The notes under the pieces: generated by a model
Told to the model about the DNA's origin: nothing
The model's input: the letters and a program-made list of their open reading frames with translations, nothing else
Database searches by the model: none
Assembly: GCA_024230675.1 (NCBI GenBank)
Contig: JAAERE010000317.1
Coordinates: 1 to 42,434, forward strand
Direction: 5' to 3'
Origin: a bacterium
GTDB taxonomy: Bacteria; Zixibacteria; MSB-5A5; GN15; FEB-12
DNA length: 42,434 nt
Made by a program: the position numbers and the translations under genes
Part shown: one piece after another, positions 26,408 to 34,043 of the stretch
How positions within the stretch are numbered: the stretch's first letter is position 1
Layout of the letters: the number at the start of each line of letters is the position of its first letter

Positions 26408-29083
26408 TTAGTTGACCGCTCCGGCCTCGCCCCGACTCTCGAAGATACTCCGGAGCTCGTAATCAGGATGATCCTTGAGGTTGTCCAGATTGAACCTGAT
26501 ACCGTCCGGATTGATATCGAGCCGGTAATAACCCAGACGATTGTTTTCGACCACCGGCCAGTTGGTGCTCATCCCGGCGTTGATCTCGTTTTTCATCCGG
26601 TACAGATAGCGAGCCTGGTTGAAACCAATCTCGATATCCTCCTTGTAAATCCAGCCGGTATCGCCGTTGAGCCGAGACCAGGCCAGCTTGGTCAGGTACT
26701 TAAAGGACTTGCCGGTCAGGCGCACCGGGAAGCCATCGATCCTGACCAGATAGCGGTCCGACTCAAAACGGCCATCGATCTCGACCAGTCTCGGCTGGCC
26801 GCCCATCTTCATCGTAGTGTCTAGAGTTGCCGATCTCATATCAACCTCCTCTTTAAGATTTTGCATTATTTCATTTATTTTCTTCACTTTGCCAGCATCG
26901 CCAACGACCCTATCAATATCCTCCGAGGACAGCGCCGCGAAGTCTTCGGAACCCTCTATCCCCGCCTGATAGAGAGCCGCGAAATCCGAGCGATTGAGCA
27001 CTGAGCCCAGATGACGATGAAGCTGCCGAAATGAGACCGGCAGCCCCCGGCGAAGGCTGAAAGCGTGGCGGACCAACTGGGGAACGGCCGGAGAGTCGTG
27101 ATCGGTGGCCCGAACCAACGTCCCCAGGGCCGAGACAAGATGCGCGGCCGTCTCCCCCAGCGACTGAATCTGCCCCAGGTGCAGCCGATAACGCTCCTCA
27201 AGCTTAGCCACCGGCACCAGGCGGCACCATTCATCCATTAGCAGAGCTGCTTTCAGAGCGGCCGCCTGGCGATATGACAGCGGTTCGCGGCGGTGACTTT
27301 CAGGCAACAGACAGGTAGCCTCTTCGACCGAATAGTCAAATCGCTGGTAAAGCTGCTTAACCGCCAGATTGTTGGCCTGCTCGTACCAGGAGAGAATCGA
27401 AGGCGGCAGCGTCCAATGATCTGAGCTCAGAGCCAGGCAGGTCCAGCCAAAAACCGTTTCCGGGTTAAGATTATCAACCAGCCCCAGATAATGGGCAGCT
27501 TCGCGGACCAAAAGGCCGGATCGGGCTGTTGCTTCGCCACAAGGCGTCGCCACCAGGCCCCCCTCCCTCCCATCGGCGGTGACCATGCGATGGTCCTCAA
27601 GGCCGTCTATGGCCGTCTTAAGGCTATCCGCCGAGAACTCAAGGCCAAGTTTCCCGGCAAACGTCCCGGCCATCAACCGAGCGGCCTCGCTGCGACTTCC
27701 GGCCAGGCCGCTCACAAACAAGTGCAGCAACCAGTCTTCGAGAGGCAGCGTGTCAAGGGCGGACTCAATCGGACGCGGCGGCACCGATCGGATATAGGTA
27801 TCCCAGAGCACCTCCTGATCGAAAGTAGAATCAGCCATGACAATAGCTTTCCCCGGCCGATCGTCGCCAAACCCGAAACGCCCCGCCCGCCCGGACATAT
27901 TGTCGAACTCGGCCCGGCTGATTGGCACCAGCTCGGCGCGATGGCCGTAGGTGCCGCCGGTATACTTGACTGTCTCGAGATATACGGTGTCGGCCGGTAG
28001 GTTCACGCCAAGAGCTAAAGTAGTGGTCGAGCACAGCACCTGAACTTCGCCATTGATAAACGCTTGCTCAACAGCCTTACGCTGCGAAACGGACAGGTCA
28101 GAACTGTGAAAAGCCACTCCCCGGCTTAATGTCCTGTTCAGTGAGCAGAGCAGCGACGAGGGTTCTTCATCGGCAAGCTGTGCTATCGCCTGCTTTGCCG
28201 GTCCCCAATTGACAGCCGTGGCCAGCTTGAGCGCCACCCTGACGGCGTCGGCGCGGGACTTGAGAAAAACCAGAGTCGCTCCCGAGTCAGCTTTGATACG
28301 CTTCACGAAAGACGCCAGAGTATCGTCGTCCTGAGGGCTCAAACCTTCAAAAGGCTCCTCTCCCTCGTGCCCCAGGTTATAGGACCTGAAACACAGTTTG
28401 CCCTCGGCCGCTACGCCCCGGATAAGATCGCGCGGACGGACTGTTTCCTCCACTAAGGTTGCGCTCAGCCAATCGGCCAGTGGTTGGATGCTTCGTTCAG
28501 CCAACACCGCTGAGAGGGCCAACAGGGTGGGCTTGTACTCGGAAGCCAGAATCTTGGTCAGCGTGCGCTCCAGGACCGCTCCCCGGACCGGCTCGGCTAT
28601 CATCTGGATCTCATCAATCACCACCAGGCCGATATTTCTCAATACGTCCAAATGATGCGTCAGAAGCAGATCCATCTTCTCGTTGATAGCCACAGCCAGA
28701 TGATAGTTGCCGTTGGCGAAAGATTCGTCGTTTTCGGGATGATCCCCGGTCGCTATCAGGCATTTGATGCCGAGCGGACCGTAAGTCTGCTGGAACAAGC
28801 GGTATTTCTCCTCAGCCAGCGATTTCATCGGACAGAGCAGAACCGCTTTGCTTCGACGGGTAAGGACGTTGATAGCGGCCAGCTCAGCACAGAAAGACTT
28901 CCCGGAAGACGTTGGCGCCGAGACAATCATGCTACCGGCAAGACCGGTCGAAAGCGTGTCGCCCAGCAGGCCGTGATTGATAGCCCGGCTTTGAACCGGC
29001 AGTAACCGGTCGCCCTGGCGCTGTTTCCAAACGTCGATCATCCGTTGAGGCAGTCCGTATTTGACAAGTTCGTTCAGGTTCAT
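26408..29083 (-). CDS. Ski2/Hel308-like SF2 helicase with C-terminal winged-helix-like domain
   Basis: LLPVQ (Q motif), APTSSGKS, PMKSLAEEK, VVIDEIQ, LSAV, LVFLKSR, STTTLALGVNLPA, and NMSGRAGR. The C-terminal ~140 aa has an OmpR-like pattern (IDGFPVRLT..FKYL..LA...VENNRLGYYRL). Confidence 0.9.
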   Translation of the reverse strand: MNLNELVKYGLPQRMIDVWKQRQGDRLLPVQSRAINHGLLGDTLSTGLAGSMIVSAPTSSGKSFCAELAAINVLTRRSKAVLLCPMKSLAEEKYRLFQQTYGPLGIKCLIATGDHPENDESFANGNYHLAVAINEKMDLLLTHHLDVLRNIGLVVIDEIQMIAEPVRGAVLERTLTKILASEYKPTLLALSAVLAERSIQPLADWLSATLVEETVRPRDLIRGVAAEGKLCFRSYNLGHEGEEPFEGLSPQDDDTLASFVKRIKADSGATLVFLKSRADAVRVALKLATAVNWGPAKQAIAQLADEEPSSLLCSLNRTLSRGVAFHSSDLSVSQRKAVEQAFINGEVQVLCSTTTLALGVNLPADTVYLETVKYTGGTYGHRAELVPISRAEFDNMSGRAGRFGFGDDRPGKAIVMADSTFDQEVLWDTYIRSVPPRPIESALDTLPLEDWLLHLFVSGLAGSRSEAARLMAGTFAGKLGLEFSADSLKTAIDGLEDHRMVTADGREGGLVATPCGEATARSGLLVREAAHYLGLVDNLNPETVFGWTCLALSSDHWTLPPSILSWYEQANNLAVKQLYQRFDYSVEEATCLLPESHRREPLSYRQAAALKAALLMDEWCRLVPVAKLEERYRLHLGQIQSLGETAAHLVSALGTLVRATDHDSPAVPQLVRHAFSLRRGLPVSFRQLHRHLGSVLNRSDFAALYQAGIEGSEDFAALSSEDIDRVVGDAGKVKKINEIMQNLKEEVDMRSATLDTTMKMGGQPRLVEIDGRFESDRYLVRIDGFPVRLTGKSFKYLTKLAWSRLNGDTGWIYKEDIEIGFNQARYLYRMKNEINAGMSTNWPVVENNRLGYYRLDINPDGIRFNLDNLKDHPDYELRSIFESRGEAGAVN

Positions 29084-29168
29084 ACTCTTTCCCCCCGCTC
29101 ATAACAGTGTCGATTAGCTCTGTCGGAAGCTGCCGACCAAAAACGGCCGATCGCTCCCCAGACGCGAT

Positions 29169-29375
29169 CTATATATGGCAGCTTTCAAAACCGCACGATG
29201 GACAGACACAGCAGCGCCCCTGCCGAATCATCCCGCCCGAGCAGTCGGGACAACTGGCCACGTTATGATAGGCATAGTCCTCGTTGCTGATATCACGCTC
29301 GAAGCGCATGAAGGGGCTGTACGAAGTCGGGACCGCCGACACCGTGTCCTCATTGATTCCGTGGAACTGTTCCAT
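29169..29375 (-). CDS. Small Cys-rich Zn-ribbon protein
   Basis: 68 aa ending CPDCSGGMIRQGRCCVCPSCGFESC. GGAG RBS 8 nt before the ATG, directly downstream of a good promoter. Confidence 0.75.
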   Translation of the reverse strand: MEQFHGINEDTVSAVPTSYSPFMRFERDISNEDYAYHNVASCPDCSGGMIRQGRCCVCPSCGFESCHI

Positions 29376-29422
29376 TTGTATCGCTCCGTGTCTGGAAATT
29401 ATCCGATGACTAGCTTAAGGCC

Positions 29423-29451
29423 ACGATACTGCACATCTGTGCAGGTGTCAA
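29423..29451 (-). promoter_or_regulatory. Sigma70 promoter with palindromic operator in the spacer
   Basis: On the minus strand: TTGACA (29451-29446), 17 nt, TATCGT (29428-29423). Spacer 29429-29444 is CTGCACA-TC-TGTGCAG. Confidence 0.72.
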
Positions 29452-29574
29452 GCGAAAAAACAAAAAAACGAGGCCCCGAAAACGTCCGCCCCTCGCTGGA
29501 CCGCTTTCCGGGGCCTGAAGGCGCTGTCCCACAGCACCTTAGCGTAAGGCCTATTCCGACTATTTATGGCCGAT

Positions 29575-30306
29575 TCAGTCGTCCAAAACGAAATCCACCC
29601 GGTAAGTCACCCAGACAGCCACGGGCTCGCCGTTCTGGTTTGCCGGTTTGAAGAGGTACTTGTCGGCGACCTCCAGGGCAGCTCGGTCAAGCAATGGCGT
29701 TCCCGAGGGCCCTATCACTACCGCCTCACGAACCGTACCGATCCTGGTCACCAGCGCCTTTATCCACACGGTCCCTTCCTGTCCGGTCTGCTCGGCGAAG
29801 TGCGGATACTCCGGCGCAACCTTGTGAATAAGTACAGGTATCTCTTCGACCAAGAAGAAGGAGTCTATCGGCGGGAAGTATTCTCCCACGTCCGGGTTGA
29901 CTGCAAACGCCCCCGGCTCCCCCAGGCCCGGGTCCACCCCCCATTCCACGAGCGCCGCCCGATCGGCCAGCGACATAACAACGGCGTCGGGATCGTCGAT
30001 GGCCTCATCTGGCACCGGAACAGGAATGCCGCCGGATAGGTCAGGCGCAGCTGGCCGCGGTCCGGTACGATCGCAAATTATAGTCGGCGGATTAATCAAA
30101 TCGAGATCCACCGTAGTCGTCGGCGGCGGTGGATCGGGCGGCACTTCGACAACCGGCTGATTCTGCATGAATACAAGAGCAGAAACCAACGCGGCCCCCA
30201 CCAGCAAGGTCACCGCAAGGTTGCTCAGCAGGAGGTTTCTCCAATAGGTAGCTTTGAGTTCAAAGGCTCCATATGGCGAGTAAAGGGCGTTTTGAATATT
30301 TGACAT
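29575..30306 (-). CDS. tonB: Energy transducer TonB (paralog 2)
   Basis: YSPYGAFELK N-motif, one TM helix, Pro-rich linker, and PEYP..A...GQEGTVWIKALV...LDRAAL..FKPA.QNG.PVAVWV.Y.VDF. Confidence 0.9.
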   Translation of the reverse strand: MSNIQNALYSPYGAFELKATYWRNLLLSNLAVTLLVGAALVSALVFMQNQPVVEVPPDPPPPTTTVDLDLINPPTIICDRTGPRPAAPDLSGGIPVPVPDEAIDDPDAVVMSLADRAALVEWGVDPGLGEPGAFAVNPDVGEYFPPIDSFFLVEEIPVLIHKVAPEYPHFAEQTGQEGTVWIKALVTRIGTVREAVVIGPSGTPLLDRAALEVADKYLFKPANQNGEPVAVWVTYRVDFVLDD

Positions 30307-30331
30307 GACTGAGTTCCTCCTATTTTTCTGG

Positions 30332-30967
30332 CTAGAGCTCGCCCGACGCCCTCGCCGCCGCCTGGGCGTCCGCCATGATTTTGTCGTCGCCGGTTTCCCA
30401 GTCCCCTATCGCATATCGATAGGAGAACCTGCCGTCCGTTTCGGTCAGGTCCTCGACGTCTATGTCGTTCTGCTGGGCGGTGTAGTCGTTCCATGACCGT
30501 TCAATCACATCGATCTCATCTAACACGTTGACCATGTCTTCGTAGCAGGCATCCGGGTGGATCAGGACCAGCGTGCTCAGCTTGCTGTTGGCCCGGTTTC
30601 GCTCCAGGAGTAGCCCTCGCACGGTATCGGCGTTAAACGCGTAAGGCACCGAGCCAGGGCTGGAAGGCAACAGCTCCGGCAGATTGGCGGGACTTGCCGT
30701 CTTGAGGTGCCACCAGAACCGACTCTCGCTGTCAACCCTGATCGTCATGAGATCCGACTCTCGAATAATGGGTTGATCCTGCGTCCGGGGCAGGTTGATC
30801 TCCATCGCCTGCGGCATGGCAAACACGGTAGAGACCATATAGAATATCAGGAGCAGAAAAGCGATATCGACCATCGGCGTCATGTCGATTCGTACGGCGA
30901 TGCGCCGCTTCGGTCGTCGACCCTTTTTCGAATCCTGTGTCGTTTTCTGTATTACTTCTCCGGCCAT
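30332..30967 (-). CDS. exbD: Biopolymer transporter ExbD (paralog 3)
   Basis: IDMTPMVDIAFLLLIFYMV and YEDMVNVLDE. Start moved to MAGEV (30967) by homology to 32820..33473 and the AAGGAG RBS. Confidence 0.9.
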   Translation of the reverse strand: MAGEVIQKTTQDSKKGRRPKRRIAVRIDMTPMVDIAFLLLIFYMVSTVFAMPQAMEINLPRTQDQPIIRESDLMTIRVDSESRFWWHLKTASPANLPELLPSSPGSVPYAFNADTVRGLLLERNRANSKLSTLVLIHPDACYEDMVNVLDEIDVIERSWNDYTAQQNDIDVEDLTETDGRFSYRYAIGDWETGDDKIMADAQAAARASGEL

Positions 30968-30974
30968 CTTCGAA

Positions 30975-31076
30975 TCACTCTCCTTTCGAAGGGGTCGGAG
31001 AGGTAACATCGGCACGGGTTGCCTTGAATTGGAAGGCTCCGTACGGTGCGTACGGCGAGAAATTGGCGTCTGGCAT
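30975..31076 (-). pseudogene. 33-aa ORF resembling a TonB N-terminus (remnant or small peptide)
   Basis: Hand translation gives MPDANFSPYAPYGAFQFKATRADVTSPTPSKGE*, compared with ALYSPYGAFELKAT in the neighbouring TonB. A GAGGGG RBS-like sequence lies upstream. Confidence 0.65.
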
Positions 31077-31342
31077 AACCGCTTCCCCTCTACTGCGGGT
31101 TTGTGTTTTACAGGCGTCGAACCTTACCCGGCTCGTAGCCACAGACGCTTTGCAGATACTATTCTCTTGGTGCTTGGTGAGGGCTTAGAATTGGGGTGAG
31201 GGGCTCCCGCCGTCCGTGTCCTTCCCCCTCTCTAATATAAGGACGGACCAGCTCTATTGTTCGTGCAACGTCAGGTTCGCCGATCCGAACAAAAGAACGC
31301 GGACGCCGGGCGAGTGTTGCTCCTTTCGAACAGCGTTCGCAA

Positions 31343-31849
31343 CTAGTCTTTTGCTTCGATTCTCGGAAGTTTGAAGCTGACTTTGTAGTCCACCCACACC
31401 GCTATTGGACGCATATCCTTGATGGCCGGTTTGTATAGGTTCCGGACGGCAGCCTTCACAGCGGCCTCATCAAGCCTCGAGAATCCTGAGCTTCGGTGAA
31501 CGACCGCCCCATATACCCCTCCGCCCTGACTGACGAGAACCTTCATCCATACCTCGCCCTCGACGCCAGCGGCCGCCTCGGCACTGGGATATTTCGGAGC
31601 CGCTTCCTTTAAGGCTTCCGGCGGAAGGTCAACTTCGACTGCGGCGTCCAGGGGCGGGGGCCCTTCGTAATCAGTCTCATGAACGAAAAGCCGAAGCGGC
31701 ACTTTTGCATCATCGCCCAAAGGCTCGGAGGCGGCCAGAAACAGAGTTGCCGCGATACCCAGGACTACAATTCTACACGGCTTCAATCGAGCCTGGTTTC
31801 CGCGCCTGGCCCGGGAATATCTGCGCGAAACGCAATTAGTAATCGACAT
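31343..31849 (-). CDS. Short TonB C-terminal domain protein
   Basis: Hydrophobic N-segment, then PKYP..A.AAGVEGEVWMKVLV...SSG..RLDEAAVKAA...YKPA...PIAVWVDYKVSF. Start at 31849 follows a purine-rich RBS; 31894 is also possible. Confidence 0.85.
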   Translation of the reverse strand: MSITNCVSRRYSRARRGNQARLKPCRIVVLGIAATLFLAASEPLGDDAKVPLRLFVHETDYEGPPPLDAAVEVDLPPEALKEAAPKYPSAEAAAGVEGEVWMKVLVSQGGGVYGAVVHRSSGFSRLDEAAVKAAVRNLYKPAIKDMRPIAVWVDYKVSFKLPRIEAKD

Positions 31850-31971
31850 GAGATTCTCCCCTCTGTCCTGGCGGCGTATTTCGATGAGTCCCACCGCGCT
31901 GTTCGGTTACCCTATGGAATCAAGACGCCCATCCACGGGTGTTTGTGCGTCCAAGATTTCGAGGCTCAAAC

Positions 31972-32003
31972 AAAAAAAACGCCCGCGCAAGGCGGGCGTT
32001 TTT
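31972..32003 (-). terminator. Intrinsic terminator after tonB paralog 1
   Basis: AAAAACGCCCGC-GCAAG-GCGGGCGTTTTT with an A8 run. Confidence 0.9.
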
Positions 32004-32028
32004 GAAATCACGTGGTATATATCTAATT

Positions 32029-32760
32029 CTAGTCCGGTACCTGGAAGTCGACCTTGTAAGTCACCCACATAGCTACCGGTCGCCCGTTCTGAATAGCCGG
32101 GCGGAACTTGTTGTCCTTGGCGACCTTCAGGGCGGCCTCGTCGAGAGACTGAGTGCCCGAAGATTTATAGACAACTGCCTCGCGGACGTTACCGTCGGCG
32201 CTGACCAGAGCCTTGATCCATACCAGACCTTCCAGCCCGGCTTGTTCAGCCAGACGCGGATATTCCGGCTGCACATGTTGAATCATCTGGGCGATTTCTT
32301 CCACCGGCACGAACTCGTCGATAGAAGGCAGGTAGTCTTCTTCGTTAATGTCCACGATGATATCATCCGAAGCATCGCTGACGATATCCGGAGCGACAAT
32401 CTCGGCCATCTCTTCACGGGTGGCCAGCATGACGTCATCGTCCATAACCTCGTCGTCGGCAACCGGCTTGGGGATACCGACTTTGGGGGCCTGTACGTTC
32501 GGTTGATCGACCTTCACCTGCGGCGGTTTCTTGACGATGGCCGGCGGCGGTCCCAGGTCCGCGATGGTCTGAATAACCACCGGAGCGTTACCGCCGATAA
32601 CGACGTCGTCCTCCATCGCAGCGATTATCCAGAAGGTGGCCAGTATCGCCAGTACGAAAGCCAGCATCGACAGCGATGCAATGCCAAAATTCCGCTGATA
32701 CTTGGCTTTGAGTTCAAAAGCTCCGTACGGTGAATACAGGGCATTTTCCATGTGTGACAT
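32029..32760 (-). CDS. tonB: Energy transducer TonB (paralog 1)
   Basis: YSPYGAFELKAKYQR, TM helix, Pro/acidic linker, and a TonB_C domain PEYPRLAEQAGLEGLVWIKALV...FRPAIQNGRPVAMWVTYKVDF. Confidence 0.92.
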   Translation of the reverse strand: MSHMENALYSPYGAFELKAKYQRNFGIASLSMLAFVLAILATFWIIAAMEDDVVIGGNAPVVIQTIADLGPPPAIVKKPPQVKVDQPNVQAPKVGIPKPVADDEVMDDDVMLATREEMAEIVAPDIVSDASDDIIVDINEEDYLPSIDEFVPVEEIAQMIQHVQPEYPRLAEQAGLEGLVWIKALVSADGNVREAVVYKSSGTQSLDEAALKVAKDNKFRPAIQNGRPVAMWVTYKVDFQVPD

Positions 32761-32819
32761 GACTACTATCCTCTAATTTCTAAAGACACCGTTCCCAGAG
32801 CGGGGCCACAAAAGTCCGT

Positions 32820-33473
32820 CTAAAGCTGTCCTGCCGCCTGGGCCGCACCCAGAGCCGCCGACATGACGTTATCATCGCGGGACTCCCAATCGCCGATTGC
32901 ATAGCGATAAGAAAACTTGCCGTCTTCCTTGGTCAAATCTTTGACCTTTTTATCGAGCCCGTCCGCAATATGGGCATTCCAGGAACGCTCGATAACGTCA
33001 ATTTCATCCAGGATGTTGACCATATCGTTGTACTTTGCGTCTTGCTGAATCAAGATCAGAGTACTGAGTTTAGCGTTGGCTCGATTCTGCTCAACAAGCA
33101 GCCCCTGTAGCGTATCAGCGTTGAATGCGTAAGCCACTGAGTCAGCCTTCTCGGCGCTGGTCGGCAGGAGCTTCGGCATGTTGTCCGGCGTCGCCCTTGC
33201 GATATTCCACCAGTACCGGCTCTCGCCGTCGACACGAATAGTCAGCAGGTTCGATTCCTTGATCTCGACAACCTGTTCCTCTTCCTCAGCCGAGGGCAGG
33301 TTGATTTCCATCGCCTGCGGCATGGAAAACACGGTGGAAACCATATAAAAAATAAGAAGCAGGAAAGCGATATCAACCATCGGCGTCATATCGATTCTGA
33401 TAGCGATACGCCGTTTTGGTCGACGGCCTTTTTTGCCGCCTTTCGCTGCTCTTTCTGCAACTTCGCCAGCCAT
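32820..33473 (-). CDS. exbD: Biopolymer transporter ExbD (paralog 2)
   Basis: IDMTPMVDIAFLLLIFYMV, INLP, and AKYNDMVNILDE. Confidence 0.92.
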   Translation of the reverse strand: MAGEVAERAAKGGKKGRRPKRRIAIRIDMTPMVDIAFLLLIFYMVSTVFSMPQAMEINLPSAEEEEQVVEIKESNLLTIRVDGESRYWWNIARATPDNMPKLLPTSAEKADSVAYAFNADTLQGLLVEQNRANAKLSTLILIQQDAKYNDMVNILDEIDVIERSWNAHIADGLDKKVKDLTKEDGKFSYRYAIGDWESRDDNVMSAALGAAQAAGQL

Positions 33474-33548
33474 TTCTATTCACTCTCCTTTCGGCAGGGC
33501 CGGAAGTCCAGGGACTTCACGCCGGCCGCCGGGGCGGGTTCCCCCACC

Positions 33549-34040
33549 TTAACTTTCTTCAGCCTCGCTCGAGGTTTCGACCTCGTTGTCGGTAATAATC
33601 AGGAAGCGCTCCAGGCTGTTTTCCTGCATCTGTTTCATGATGGCCTGCATGGTGCCGAAGCTGGCGTCCTGGTCGGCTTTCATAACTACCAGGGCGCGGT
33701 GATTATCGGCTCGAGCCCGGTTGAGTTCGCTGGCCACACCGTACTTGTCGGTCTTAACGACGGAACGCCCTTTGGTTGTCACCATTTGACCGTCGATCTC
33801 AATCGTCACCAGCTTGACCATGTCCACATAGATCGAGTCGTACTTCGTCACCGTAAGGTTGATAACGTCCTTATCGGGCAGCTCGATCTGGGAGTGTGAC
33901 TCGGGAAGATCCACGGCACGCGCTTCCGGTGGCTTGAAGGTGGTCGTCGCCATGTAGAAAATCAGAAGCAGAAAGGCGATATCCACCATAGGCGTCATGT
34001 CGATCCGGATGGCTACCCGACGTTTCTTCTTAATGGCCAT
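33549..34040 (-). CDS. exbD: Biopolymer transporter ExbD (paralog 1)
   Basis: IDMTPMVDIAFLLLIFYM, VDLP.S, and VVMKADQDASFG. Confidence 0.93.
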   Translation of the reverse strand: MAIKKKRRVAIRIDMTPMVDIAFLLLIFYMATTTFKPPEARAVDLPESHSQIELPDKDVINLTVTKYDSIYVDMVKLVTIEIDGQMVTTKGRSVVKTDKYGVASELNRARADNHRALVVMKADQDASFGTMQAIMKQMQENSLERFLIITDNEVETSSEAEES

Positions 34041-34043
34041 CGG

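Noticed and set aside
23805-29083. BREX (BrxL Lon-like + BrxHI helicase) or Hachiman assignment
   Set aside because: The protease is a full LonA-architecture protein rather than BrxL, and no pglX/pglZ/brxC or hamA-like gene is present.
30968-31015. Longer N-terminus (MPMLPLRP...) for exbD paralog 3
   Set aside because: Paralog alignment and RBS place the start at MAGEV (30967).
31080-31200. Riboswitch (cobalamin or c-di-GMP) upstream of the second exbD-tonB pair
   Set aside because: I could not find the conserved cores of either family by eye; an Rfam search would be needed.
31327-31339. CGAAC-AGC-GTTCG as a Gram-positive-type LexA box
   Set aside because: The spacer is 3 nt rather than 4, and it lies just downstream of a tonB-like stop, not at a repair gene.
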